Shown piece by piece: positions 35,583-47,970 of a stretch of DNA of 64,000 nucleotides. This stretch comes from Vermamoeba vermiformis (lineage: Eukaryota): contig JBEWZL010000278.1 in assembly GCA_045837725.1 (NCBI GenBank), forward strand, positions 248,001 through 312,000, read 5' to 3'. Below the pieces are notes generated by a model. It made no database searches. It was not told the DNA's origin and saw only the letters and a list, made by a program, of their open reading frames with translations. The translations under genes were made by a program, and so were the position numbers. Within the stretch, counting starts at the first letter, position 1. Each line of letters opens with the position of its first letter.

Positions 35583-37273
35583 CTACGCGTACGAAGCAGG
35601 CGCCAAGAACACCCTGGCCCCTTGCCACTTGAAGGTGAGCACGCCGTCGAATGCCGTTCTGGGCACTCCAGCCTTGGCGTCGTCGATCAGTCCGACCTGG
35701 CGCGAGTAGTCGCTGAGCTCTGATTGGCTGCGGTAGATCAGCTTCACGTCACCAGGGCCACTGATCTCGGCCACACTCGACACCACGCGCGCACGTGCCA
35801 GTGTGGCTTGGAACTCGGGGGTCCAGCGGTCTTTGAGCAAGTAACTCAAGTCCTTGCTGTGCCAGTCCACTGCGCGGTCATTCAGCTTGATCGGCTTCAA
35901 GTGCTTGTCGTAGAACTGGCCGCCACTCGCGCCATTCTCGCCGAACGTGTACGTGCGACTCACCTCGGGGCGAATGCAGTCGCGGTTCTGTCAGCAGTCA
36001 GCTTCGTCATTGCCTAATTTGGAAATACATACGCGACGTTGCGCAGGTTCGCGCAGCCAATCGTCCCAATAGCCCGCAGGCCACTTGTCTTTCAGCTCAT
36101 TCCACAGCTGCTTGCTAAGTACAGAGTGGTCAGTGACACGTGTGACAGGTGTCAAACTGTGACTCACGTCAACATCCAGCCCAGTCCTGGGAAGAAATTG
36201 CTGCGGTACACGGCCTCGCTGTCATCCACCAACTTGCCCAGTCCGTTGTCGTTCCACGCTGTGACACGTGTCAATCAGAGGTGCGCACACACAGTCACAT
36301 TGGAGAGGTACTCACCCGAGATGCAGTAGAGCGATCGATCGGTGAACAAGAGCCACTGCAGCGCGGCAAAGTACGTGAAGAAGTCGGGTGCCACTTCAAT
36401 GTCCTCTTCGAGCAGAATCACCGAGCTGTACTGCAGCGTGTCAAACACGTGACTCAGCGCGAACTTGTAGTGTCCAGCGATCTACCAGGGTCAGCAAGGC
36501 AGACTGCAGTCACGTGACACTTACCTGATAGTACGCGGCTTGATTCTGCGGCACGTGCGCGGGCAGTGTGCGATTGGTGCGCTGCAAGTGAATGAGCGGA
36601 TGTGTCTCGCGCATGCGTGTGATCAGCGCAGTCACTTCGGGCTTTTGATCGTCTTGCGATACGATCACTGGGAAATTCTCCGTGGGCACTTGACTAAATA
36701 AGGAAATGTTATCTTCCTTTGCAGAACTCGGTGACTCGCGTACCTGAAGATCGAATTCAATGCGCGCTCCAAGTACTGTGGCCTATTGTAGGTAAATATG
36801 ACAATTGGAATGGGGTAGCGCGGCGTGGTTTCGATTAGTGGTGCGCGCGTAGTCTCTGGGCTTCCTTTGTTCGCTGCATAGTAAATATAATTAATATATG
36901 AGCATCATTAGTACCACTAAGTGTAACTAGCAATTATTAAATTATTACGCGCAGGAACAATTCAGTTACAAGATTAATACTGACGCGGATGCAGTCCCGT
37001 ACCTCTCGCCACCACCAAGTCCACGGTGAGTCGCTCTACTTTGTGCTCGAGCTCTTCGTATTGTCGCTTCAGCTCTTCGCGTCGCTTGGTCTCAGTTTTG
37101 AGCTCATCCATCAATTTATTCACGCTCTTATTGGACTTGTCGCCACACGCCTCGCCAGTGGAAGGTGCGAATAGGAAGTTAATAGTTAAAAATAATAGTG
37201 CGCCAGCGCCGATCAGAATAAATATTTTCGAGCGCAGCGAAATTGCGCGTCCTCTTTCGTGACGACCAATCAT
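35583..37273 (-). CDS. MGAT1: Alpha-1,3-mannosyl-glycoprotein beta-1,2-GlcNAc transferase I (GT13)
   Basis: Type II TM anchor and coiled stem. Motifs [56 protein letters not shown] and SRTYTFG. Confidence 0.93.
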
Positions 37274-37434
37274 CGTTGCATTCCTATGTACACTAGTGTT
37301 GTAACTGCATGCAATAATGGGTGACGTTGAAGAGCAGTGCGGGGGATTTAATGTCGGGGGCGGGGAACAAATGTCGGGGCTACAGGGAAAGTTGTTGCCC
37401 GCAGTGGTCGTATTATTGTACAATAACAGTAACG

Positions 37435-40400
37435 ATGAGTCAACCTCAGGACAAACCAGTTGATACATCAGCTGCAACTGCTAGTCCTGGCTTGGATGCA
37501 GCAGTCGAGTACTTAGTGCAACAACGACTGTTGCTGACAGCCCTCGAGCTGCATCAAGAACTGCTCGAGCGCGGTGAAGAGAATAAGAGCTTGAAGCAGC
37601 TGTTCACCACTGGCAAGCTGCTCGATGAACTCAATGACAATGCAACCCATCCACTCAATCAGCAACTGGTACGTCGACCAGTCGTGCGCAGTACGAACAG
37701 CTATCAAGAGATGGACTCGCGCGTAGCACTGTTGGAATATGAGCTGCGTCAAGAGCGACAGACCACACAAGCACTGCGACAAGAGCTCTCACTGCTCTGG
37801 AATCGCAAAAAGAAAGAGGATCAAGCTACCGCCTCTGAAGGCGAGGCTGCTTATTCGCAATTAGAAAAGAGAGCACTGTCTTATTTAATCAAAAAGTTTT
37901 TATTGGATCAAGGCTTGAAATTAACCGCGATCAGTTTGACCGAAGAGGTAAGCACGACTAGCTCACTAAAATATTAGCAAAAATATATGCATTGTTTATA
38001 TGTGAATATGCGCATTATCAAACACTGCAGTCGCAAATTGAACGGCGACTACTATTTAATTGAAATAGAAAAAATCGGCTAATTTCAACTTACGCACCTT
38101 CACCATCGCATATTGACCAATCACGTGCATTGTAGCTCGAAGATTCTATGGACACGTGGACGAGTGTCGGACAGATGTTTGGTATCAACACTAAAGAACC
38201 CCCAAGTCTGATGTCGATCTACCGCTACTTCTACAACAGCGGCGAGAACAAATACGAATTCGGTTTCAAGGTACCTGCCCACGCACTGCGCGTGTACTGG
38301 TTGCACAGCTAATAATAGCCCCACAGGACGCACTGGACAAAGCCACGCGCGACAATGCGGCGCTGAAAGAACAACTGCGCGCCAAAGAAGAAGAGCTGCA
38401 GCGCGTGAAGCGTGACAACTTGAACGAGATTGAAGCACTGCACGCACAACTCACGCAACTCGATGAGCCCGTGCAAGCAGTGGTGAAGGGCGACATCATC
38501 TCGCTGGACGAGTTCAAGGCCCGCGTGACGCAGCTGAAGAGTGTGACCTCGCGCGAACAGAGTGGCAGCAGTGCGAGTGGTGCTCAGAGTGACAAGGCGA
38601 GTGTCAAGGACAAGAAAGACAGCAAGCCCAGCGAACACAGCGACAAGGAGGACAGCAAGCCCAGCGAACACAGCGACAAGGACAAGAAGATGCGCGTCAT
38701 CAAGAAGCGCGACTTGACCTCGCTGTTCCCGCGCGAAGAGGTCGGTGATGACACGAGCAAGCGCATCTCCGAACAGGTGACCAAGCTGCGCGTGATGGAA
38801 GAGAACAAAGAGTCGATCATTGACGTGCTGTCCACTGCACTGCCCTACATTGTCAGCGGTGTTATATTGAAGAAGCGCGAAGAGCTGATCCCCGTGCTGT
38901 TGATGGCCATCAGATTCCACCCTGTGGAAGAGAAGCGCACACAGCTCACACAGCTGCTGTTCAATCTCGTCAAGATACCCACCGAACACCAGCGCAAGTC
39001 GATATTGGATGGCTGGGAGTGGCTCGCACACCTGCAAGGCCCCGATCGTGTGGCGCAAGAGCTGTTGCCCTCGTGCTGGGAACAGATCAACAACAAGTAC
39101 GCTGAGCGTCGTGTGCTGGTGGCAGAGTGCGCGGGCAGATTGGGCAATGCAGTCACCGCGGAGATGCGTGCCTCGCTGCTCGTGTCCATCGTCACCTCGC
39201 TGTTGGGCGACACTGAGGCCCCTGTGCGCCGATCAGCCACCGCGAACTTGGCACGTCTGTTGCTGCCACGCCCTGACGACATTGAAGCTGCGCGTGTGGA
39301 CGAGAAGAAGTACAAAGATCTGCGCGACTTGTTGATGAAGACACTGCACGACAGCGACACGGAGGTGAAGAACATTGCGCGGCAAGTGCTCCTGCCCGTG
39401 TTCACGGATTGGGTGGAGCGCGAGGAGTACTTGTTCCCGAAATTCGCCAACTCGCTGCTCGAGGGCATTGGTGCTATTGTCAATGTAAGTACTGGTCACT
39501 GTTTGACACGTGTCACTCACCGTGCCGCAGAGACTTGCAAGCTTCAAGCGTCAAGACAAGAGCAAGCGCATTGAAGCCAAAGACACGCGCGAGCTCGAAC
39601 TGCACTGTCAACTGCTGAGCTACGTGATCAAGCACGGCCACGACTCGGTGATGACCAGCGCACCGTTCTATCGCAACGAAGAGATCGAAGAGCTGCACGA
39701 CACGGAGGTCAAGCTGCCTTCAGTCCCACACTTGGCTGCAGCGAGCAGTGCCGTGACTGCCGCAATCACACCAGCCAATGTCGTGAATGCTGCCGCGAGT
39801 TCTGGCGCGGACTATTTGACCGTGTTCAAGCCCAATGAGCGCCAATTCATTCGCAAGAAGTTTGACGATTTTATTGCCACACTGTACAGCGCTGAAGACA
39901 GTTACAAGACGTGGGGACCATTTGATTGGATGATCAACGATCTGCTCAACAAATTGATGGGCTACGTCATGGCAATTGACACGTGTTATGGTGACGTGGT
40001 CTATCAGCTCACCAATGTTGTCGCCACGCTGTGTGTCACCTTCACACCGGCATTCACTGAACGCGTGGTCAAGTCGAAGATTGAACGCCAGCTCAAACAG
40101 GTCAACACTGAAGAGGGTAAGTAGCCAGGTGTGACACGTGTCAATCAGCGGTGTCTAACGGTGCCACAGAGGACACGGATGTGCGCGAGATGAAGCGCGA
40201 GAGATTGGTGCAGTTCTACTTGGTGGGCGTGCTGTCACACTTGAAGAGCGAGGTGTTGATGGGCTTCTTGAAGGAGCTGTTGATGAACATTGCCCTCGGT
40301 GAGAAGGGCTGGAGCACCAAGAGCATTCAACTGCTGAGCGACAGTGTGGTGATGATCTGTCAGCAGAGCATGGAGAAGAAGGAACAAATTCTCAACATGC

Positions 40401-41250
40401 TGTGGGACCTGGTCGTCAATCCCTCGAGTGAAGTGCGCTTTGTGGTGATCAAAGTGATGCAGGCCATGATCACCATTCTCACGCACAACGAGCTCATGAA
40501 CAGAGTACTGCCCGCACTCGTCACCATGAGCTCCGATCCTGATCGCAAGGTGCGCATGGGCACCATCAAGACATTCACGCACTTGGCCTCCAACACCACC
40601 GACGAGGCCGTGCTTGCCAAGGTCGCCATTCCGCTCGAGAGCTTCTTGAACGACAGCAACTCCAAGACCGTGGTCGAGACACTCAACACACTCGTGCCCA
40701 TCATCCCCAATGTCTCGTCCAAGTTCCGCGACAGTTGTAAGTATCACGTGCTTGTTCGTGTTGCAGACGCGTGACTGACAGGTGTCAAACAGTCATCTTG
40801 AGCACGCTGATCAAGGTCACTGAGAACAACAACAGCAACAAGAAAGAGAGCGAGCGACGTGAAGTGGCCAATGCGCTGTTCGAGGCCTACCGCGCCTTCA
40901 ACGGAGTGCGCATGAACAAAGAGACTACGCAGCAGTTCATTCGCGGCCTCAAAGCCCTGCAGCGCGATGTGGATCTGCTCGGTCAGAATCGCAGTCTGCT
41001 CGGCATGATGGTGTCGGACATGGAGAAGGCACTGCAGTCCGCGAACAGACAAGAGACCGCACAACCTGCCGCGAGCAATCCACTCGGCATCAATCTCAGC
41101 ATGCTGGGCCTCGGTGGTGGCACTGTGACACCTGCCACTCAGACACCGGGCACTGCGGGCACTGCTGGCACACCCAACCCTGCACAGCCCAATGATCCCA
41201 ATGCACACGGCTTCATGGGCAACATGCTGTCGTACTTCAAGATGAATTAG
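37435..41250 (+). CDS. RELCH: RELCH/KIAA1468-like LisH, coiled-coil and HEAT-repeat protein
   Basis: LLLTALELHQELLERG, RVALLEYELR, LEKRALSYLIKKFL..LTAISLTEE, KREELIPVLLMAI, LFNLVKIP, ELLPSCWEQINNKY.ERRVLVAE and RVLPALVTMSSDP. Confidence 0.88.
38618..38683 (+). repeat. 33-bp in-frame tandem duplication (DSKPSEHSDKE/D x2) inside RELCH
   Basis: 38618-38650 and 38651-38683 are identical except for the last base. Confidence 0.95.
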
Positions 41251-41410
41251 TGCAATGTCTTTATTTGGGCATGCGCTACTGAGAGTAAAGCTATTTTTGT
41301 ACATAACTGCGCGTCATCCAGTAATACTGTTCACTGAACGAAGTGTCATCCGCGAGTTCGTGTCAATCCATGACATAGCAATGAGCACGTGATGTGCTAT
41401 AAATAGCTCA

Positions 41411-42567
41411 CTATTCCAAGAAGTTCTTGTACTGTGCAGGTGGGGGTGTCATGTGCTTCGGAACAAACTCCGCGCTGGTGACGCTAATTTTAGGCCGTGA
41501 CAGCAGTTTGGGAGTGACTGGCACTGGTGGCACTGCTGGCACGGGATTTGGTGGCGTGGTGGCACTGGTCTTCGGCTGCACGGGCTTGGGCTTGGCTGCG
41601 TTGTTATTGTTGTTATTTCCTTTTTTGGATCGCTCGCGGCGTTGAGATTTCTTCGGAGCAGTCTCCGTTGCAGAACTCTGACCACCAGCGTGAGGGGTCT
41701 GACCACCGCTCTGTGCGGCATTCTTCTTGAGCACGCGCTTGTACATGTTGCTGCTATTATTAGCACCACTGCTCGGCTCTGCTTTGTGCTCGCCCTTCTC
41801 ACTGCGCGCGTGCTGCTTGCCGCGACGATTGTTCCGCCGCGCATTGCGCTCCGCTTGTCTTTGCCGTTGTTTCTGGGCCTTGGCGCGCAGTTCATCGAGC
41901 AGTGGCGTGGAGGTCGGTGGTGCTGGTGGCATGCTGGTCGCGCGCTTGGTCACGTGCTCCTCTGGAGGCGGTCCCTGAACAAATGCAATGTAATCGGGCT
42001 CGGTGCTGATCGTGTTGAGCAGAGGGTCGCGCGGAGCAGTGGCAGCGAGTTCAACGCGCTGATAGGGCGCCCATTCGAGCTGCGCTTTGTGTTCAATGCC
42101 CTTGCTGTCCACAAATGCGTGGCCGTTGTACATCTGGTGGAACTTGTGCAGCGCATCGAACGAGACAAAGTTGAGGTAGGCACGCGAGGGTATTTCACGC
42201 GTAAGACTGCAGTATATTAATATGGCGTAATTAAGGGACAGTGCTCGTACTCAATGCACGATCAATATGCTGCATTGGAGCTCTTAATAGTAATAAAATG
42301 TGTTGTAATAATAGCGAGCGATTTTTAATAATACCAATTACGAGCTTCTATGATATGATTGCACAATACTTACGTCTTCTTGCCGGGCTGATAATAATAG
42401 AAATTGATCTGCGCGAGATGTGCCTCGATTGTCTTTTTGAAGTCTTCTTCGCTGAGATTGTACGGCAGTTTGCGCACTACTACTTTAGTCTTGCTGCGCG
42501 GTCGAGCATTGCTGTTGGTACTCACAGCACTGGTATTGTGCGCGCTAGTCGTGCTTGTGGTGCTCAT
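41411..42567 (-). CDS. UPF3: Nonsense-mediated decay factor UPF3
   Basis: KVVVRKLPYNLSEEDF, YYYQPGK, PSRAYLNF, YNGHAFVDSKG, LEWAPYQRV and TPLLDEL. Confidence 0.9.
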
Positions 42568-42669
42568 TCTGGGCCGCAGATGTGATTAACTCGCGCGTGC
42601 AGCACCACGACTCATTGGTGGGGCTAGTTATAACTTATAGTAGTATTGCGTTGTAATAATTTGATTATC

Positions 42670-43977
42670 ATGTTTGCTACACGCGCAGTGCTCAACAAAC
42701 TGCGAACAAGCAGATCCCTGCAGCACCATCTGCTCAAAAAGGTTTGCACGCACCCAGCTAAATAATAGCAACCATTATATAATATTCCTGCAATATATCA
42801 GATATTATTTTTGACACTACTGACCGCTGTGTGTCCTCAGGCGCGCAAATCTGACTGGCGCGTGGTGCTGTTCGGCACCGATCAGTTCTCCGTGGCAGTG
42901 GCGGAACAACTCCGAGTGCGCGGGTGTAAGTCACGTGCTCAGCCCTATATTTAGCACTCACCAGTGTACCGCAGCCCAGTCCGAGTCCCCGACGCGTGTG
43001 AGTCTGTCAGTGGTGGTGCCGCAAGAACAGCGCTCAGTCAGCGCAGACCGCAAAGGCACACCTCTCGTGCACCCCTTGCGACACTGGGCACGTGCGCACC
43101 GTGTCAGCGCGTACACCTGGCACGAGGGGGGCGTGACTGAGGCGAGTGACACGTGTCAATTCGTGAACTCCATTGCAGACCTGGTGCTGGTAGCCTCCTT
43201 CGGCATGCTGGTGCCGAGTCACGTGATCAGTGGTGCCACCAGACCCCCGCTCAATGTGCACCCCTCGCTCTTGCCGCACTACTCGGGGGCTGCTCCGATT
43301 CGACGCGCCATGCTCCAGGGTGACACGTTGACAGGTACGCATTGACACCCCATTGACACTCTCTTCTGACATGTCACGTGACAGGCGTGTCAATCATCAC
43401 GCTGCACCCGACCAAATTCGACCAGGGCCTCATTGTCGATCAACTGCCGCTCCCGATCGATCCGTTCACTGAACCGTACCATCACGTGCTCACCAAGTGT
43501 GCGGTGCTCGGTGCAGACATGCTGATCGATCGTGTGTTGCCCAACTACGATGCCTATATTAGGCAAGCGCGACCACAGCCCGCGGGTCAGTACCGCCGCG
43601 CACCGAAGATCAAGCCTGACGAGGGTGTGATCACGTGGCAGTCAATGAATGCTAGACACGTGACCTGTCACTTCAATGCCCTGGGAGACAATCCAGGCGT
43701 GTACTGTCAACTGACAGCACCCCACGTGACACGTGTCAATCTGTTGCAAGTGTCACTCGCTGAAGACTCGCCGTTGACAGCAATCAGTGCCGCACAGGTG
43801 CCAGGTTCCGTGCTGTACGACAAGTCACGTGCTCGTCTGCTCGTCACGTGCGCGGAGAATTCCGTGGTGCAAGTGTCACGTGTGCAACTCGCTGGACGCC
43901 GCGCATTGACAGCTGTAGACTTTGCGAATGGTCAACGAATGGTCAACGGTCAGGTGTATCCCAAGCTGTTTCAGTGA
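42670..43977 (+). CDS. MTFMT: Mitochondrial methionyl-tRNA formyltransferase
   Basis: LFGTDQFS, VASFG, LNVHPSLLPHYSGAAPI, TGVSII..FDQG, APKI and FANG. R-rich N-terminus. Confidence 0.9.
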
Positions 43978-44142
43978 AACTAAAGTCAGTGCACCGCGAC
44001 GATTTAAGGGCCAGGGACGACGAACATCAGTTTTGTTGAAATTTCAAAAACCGCTCGGTTTGTGAATTAAATCAGAATTGCCACAAGTGCAGCACAATAG
44101 CTGTAGATAACTTGCAATAGTATAGCGATACTATATATTCAT

Positions 44143-46298
44143 ATGGCGCAAGTAGAAATTGAACGTCCGATCAGGGTGGACGATCGGAAGATGAGCCAAG
44201 TCCCTCCGCCAGAGTGGTATCCACTGAGCACTGCGCAGCTGTTTGGCGCGCAATTTGATCTGGACGCGTACTGGCACGCCGCGAGTGTGGAGCAACAAGT
44301 GCGCGCAGTGCCGGACATTAAGGTGCTCAGAGAACACTTCAATCGCGAGGGCCGATTGCTCCCTGAACACGTGGCTATTATATTACACGAGGCAGAATTG
44401 TTGTTGAGGTATTTAATTATTTATTTCAATTTTTGAGCCAGATCTGACGGTTAAATTCGGCTCAGAAAAGATGAAACTCTGCTGCAACTCAAGGCCCCCG
44501 TGACCAGTAATCATTTAATACGCGCATATTCAGTACACTGCACTAACACTAATCCTTCGCCCTAGTATTTGGAGACATTCACGGCCAATATTTTGTAAGG
44601 CGCAGCAGATGCACCCAAGTACGCAACTGACCGACGATTGATTACTAGGACCTGGTGAATATATTCAATGCACTCGACACCTTCAACACACTGCCGCACG
44701 CAGCGACGCAGTACCTGTTCCTCGGCGACTACGTGGACCGCGGAGGTTTCGGGCTGGAAGTGGTGCTGCTGCTGCTGGCCCTGAAGATCAACTTTCCTAA
44801 TAAGGTATTTCTGCTGCGCGGCAATCACGAGTGTCGTCTGCTCGCCAAGCACTTCAACTTCTACAAAGGCAAGTCGTGCTGCACTGTATAGCGCTAGTAC
44901 TCATGCCACCACAGAGTTCATGGCCAAATTAGGCAATCAGTGGACTTCAGTGAACGTAGAACTCATGCAAAGCTTGCAACACTTGCGCGCGCAACATTTC
45001 AGTGAACCGCGCGTGTCAATCAGTGACGTGTCAGCCTTCCTGTTCGAGCACGTGATGGTCGCATTTGATTGGCTGGCACTCGCGGCCGTCATCGTCAACC
45101 AGGGCCAGAAATTCTTCGCGTGTCACGGGGGCCTGTCACCACAACTGACACGTGTCACTGACATTCAGCAGTTAAAGGTAACCTTGGTACCAAATAAGGA
45201 ATCGTGGCAATAATTTAACATCACGTGACAGCGGGGTGAAGAGCCTTCCAAAAAAGGAGCGATATGTGACCTGTAAGTGCTGCGGTGGTATATACCTAGC
45301 CTAATATACTCATGTCCATATTAGGATGTGGTCAGATCCGCTCGAAGACAACACGGCCAAGGGGCTGTCAGAGAGTGACATGCGCGAGTGGCTCGAGGTA
45401 GAATTCGTTGAAAATCCGTATCGCGGCTGTGGCCAGGTAGACACTTCTAAATTTGGTAGTCACGTGACTGAACAGGTGTACGACAGGTCTACGGCTATGC
45501 GGCTATAAATAGATTTCTGACCGAGAACGATCTGACCATGATCGTGCGTGCTCACGAAGTCAGTCAGGTAATTCATGAACGGCGATCGATCAGCTGCAAA
45601 GATGTCAGTGTGTAACTCTCATGTGATCTTTGCAGACAGGCTACGAATTTCACTGGCTCGAACAGCAGTCGCAGCGCACTGAGCCCCTCGTCGTGACGCT
45701 GTTCAGGTGAGTGCTAAAAATAACTCGTTCATGAATCGCTGACCCACGTGCAGTGCCCCGCACTATCTGGACATGTTCAAGAACCAAGCAGCTGTGATGC
45801 ACGTGCTCGACCAGGGCTACAAGTTCGCGCAGTTCAAGCACGTGCCTCATCCCTTCACACTGCCCTCGTCCATCAACGCCATTGCGCACACCTTGCCCGA
45901 GGTCACTGAGAAAGGTACGTTCACTGAACTACGTGTGACACTTTGACACTGATCACGTGACAGTGGTGGAGGTGATTGTGACCATTCTGAATCTCATCAC
46001 ACCGAGCGAGGAAGAAGTGCTTGAAGAACAGGATGCCAAGCGTGCCCGTGCACTCAATTTGTTCCGCAGCAAAGTGTTGCAAGTCACGCAGCTCAAGCGC
46101 GCAGTGCAGAGCATTCGTGAGGCGCGCAATCACGAACTGGCCCTCTCTGTGCAGGGCGATGTGGGATTTGAAAAGGCAAAAGAAATTGACGCCAAGAACG
46201 AGATGATTCCTGGGGCACAACCAGCCGCAGTGCCAGAGAAGGACAGCATTCAGTTCAACTCCGCTCTTTCATTTTGGAAGAAAATAGCCAAGAAATAA
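44143..46298 (+). CDS. Calcineurin A-like Ser/Thr phosphatase (PPP family), divergent
   Basis: [39 protein letters not shown] and FSAPHYLD. The C-terminus has a CaM-binding-like helix and the autoinhibitory-like [15 protein letters not shown]. Confidence 0.85.
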
Positions 46299-46369
46299 AT
46301 TGCAAGGTGTAAATAAATGTTGTAGAGCTTGCATAAGGCCCTGGATCTAAACTTCTTTTGCTTTTGAGC

Positions 46370-47016
46370 GGCGGACGTCCTGTCCGCCAAAAATTTTTCA
46401 TCCGTCCGTGGACATTGCGTCCGTCCGAGGTCGCTGCGTCCGCTGATGTTAGTAATTGACCAACTTATACCAAACTCGGCCATTAGCATCAGTGGACCCA
46501 AGAAGCACTACTATTGGCGTCAGGAGGCTTTGGGCTAACCGCCAGAGGCTGAAAATGGCAATGTTCTGCAAAGAACTTAAGTACTAGAACTTTGTTCTAT
46601 TGGCTGCAATACCATTGAAACTTTGGAAACACCTAGACCTATCACTATCTAACAAGAAAATATAAGTAATCATCAAAGATATTGTAGTGGCAGCAATTTG
46701 TAAATTTTCAGCATTAAGTATGAACCCACCCACCAGCACATGTTTGGTACAACACAACTATATGTATTTTATGCAACCCTGAACTTTGGCTACAATACAT
46801 TGTCACCTAGCTATGAAATTTTTTTTGAATCATCCATGCTTTTTTATGTTGTAACTTTGTCCAGTTGGTGGCAAACCTTGTTATAATGAAGGGATATGCT
46901 TAATCATATACATGGCATATAGAAATCTTATTAAAATCTTCATACTATATGATGTATGGTCGGCGGACGCACGGTCCGTGGCGGACGTCCAATTTTTGCC
47001 GGACGGGACGTCCGCC
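46370..47016. mobile_element. MITE-like non-autonomous DNA element
   Basis: 26-bp terminal inverted repeats at 46370-46395 and 46991-47016 (24/26 match), flanked by AGC on both sides (46367-46369 and 47017-47019). No ORF. Confidence 0.55.
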
Positions 47017-47277
47017 AGCCAGTACAAGCTGTTGTCACCATCTATGACACTTGTGCCAGCAAATCTAAGTGTCAGTCTGTTAGTTATGGTGAGAAAAAAA
47101 GAGTGATTCTCCCCTTGAATTTTACCAATGGAGGTCCAGTGTGGCCGGCCAAGCCTTTGTGGCCAGGTATGTATGTATGGTACAAGGCACCAACTGGTGT
47201 GTCTGTACATATGAGGCATTAATATACATATTACTGAAGCATTGAGTGATAACAAACCACTAGTAACTGACATTCAG

Positions 47278-47330
47278 AAAAATAAAAAAATGGCAGACAG
47301 CAGGAATTGAACCTGGGACTGTATGGCTAC
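47278..47330 (-). other. tRNA-derived fragment (B-box/T-arm, 3' TGCCA, oligo-T)
   Basis: The minus strand reads CCAGGTTCAATTCCTGCTGTCTGCCATTTTTTT. No complete cloverleaf can be built. Confidence 0.4.
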
Positions 47331-47925
47331 TCAGAGGAGGTTGTCTTGCTCAATTTGAGCAGGACGTCCAGATTTGGACAGGGAGTCCGGACCTGGACAG
47401 GGCGTCCGCCGTCACTAGGTTCTCATGGAATAAAAGGCTAATAGCACCTAATTGTCGTGGATACCTATATTTCGGATGAGTTTGATGGTTTCCTTGCTGG
47501 CCAAGCTCTAGGGATTGAGCTGAGGAAAGTTCCTCAGTTTTTGAAATCAAGCTCCAAATGGCTCAGGTAACAAAGATTTTGTTATTTTCTTGATAAAGAC
47601 GCTGAAATTACATCCATTAGCCAAAATATCCAACTTTCCAATGTATGGTGATTACAATTCTTTCTCTATCTCCAGTGGCTGGAAGCTGATGTGATGGGAA
47701 GTTCATACCTAGTAGTATCCTATATATGCTCTACCTACTGCAGCAAACAGAATTGAATTTCGTTAATTACTAACTTCAGCGGACGCCCTGTCTGCATCCG
47801 GACGCCTGCCCCAGACGGACACCCTGTCCGCGGACGGACGCCATGTCCCTGGACGGACACCCTGTCTATGGACGGACGTTCCGTCTAATTTGGGCAGGAC
47901 GACCTCCAGATTTTTTCTAAGTCCA

Positions 47926-47970
47926 ATAATAAAAAATCCATGCAGATACCAGGAATTGAACCCAGGGTAA
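47926..47970 (-). other. Second tRNA-derived fragment (B-box/T-arm, oligo-T)
   Basis: The minus strand reads CTGGGTTCAATTCCTGGTATCTGCATGGATTTTTT, similar to the 47278-47330 copy. Confidence 0.4.

Larger units (their letters stand above)
26977..45157. repeat. Dispersed palindrome TGACACGTGTCA and related CACGTG motifs
   Basis: Perfect copies start at 26977, 27176, 27505, 30257, 30955, 31235, 31412, 36262, 39504, 40132, 43147, 43727 and 45146, plus one at 3600. Confidence 0.95.

Noticed and set aside
26977-45157. CRISPR-like or satellite interpretation of the palindromic repeats
   Set aside because: The copies are 12 bp, irregularly spaced over kilobases and embedded in genes. There are no spacers and no cas genes.
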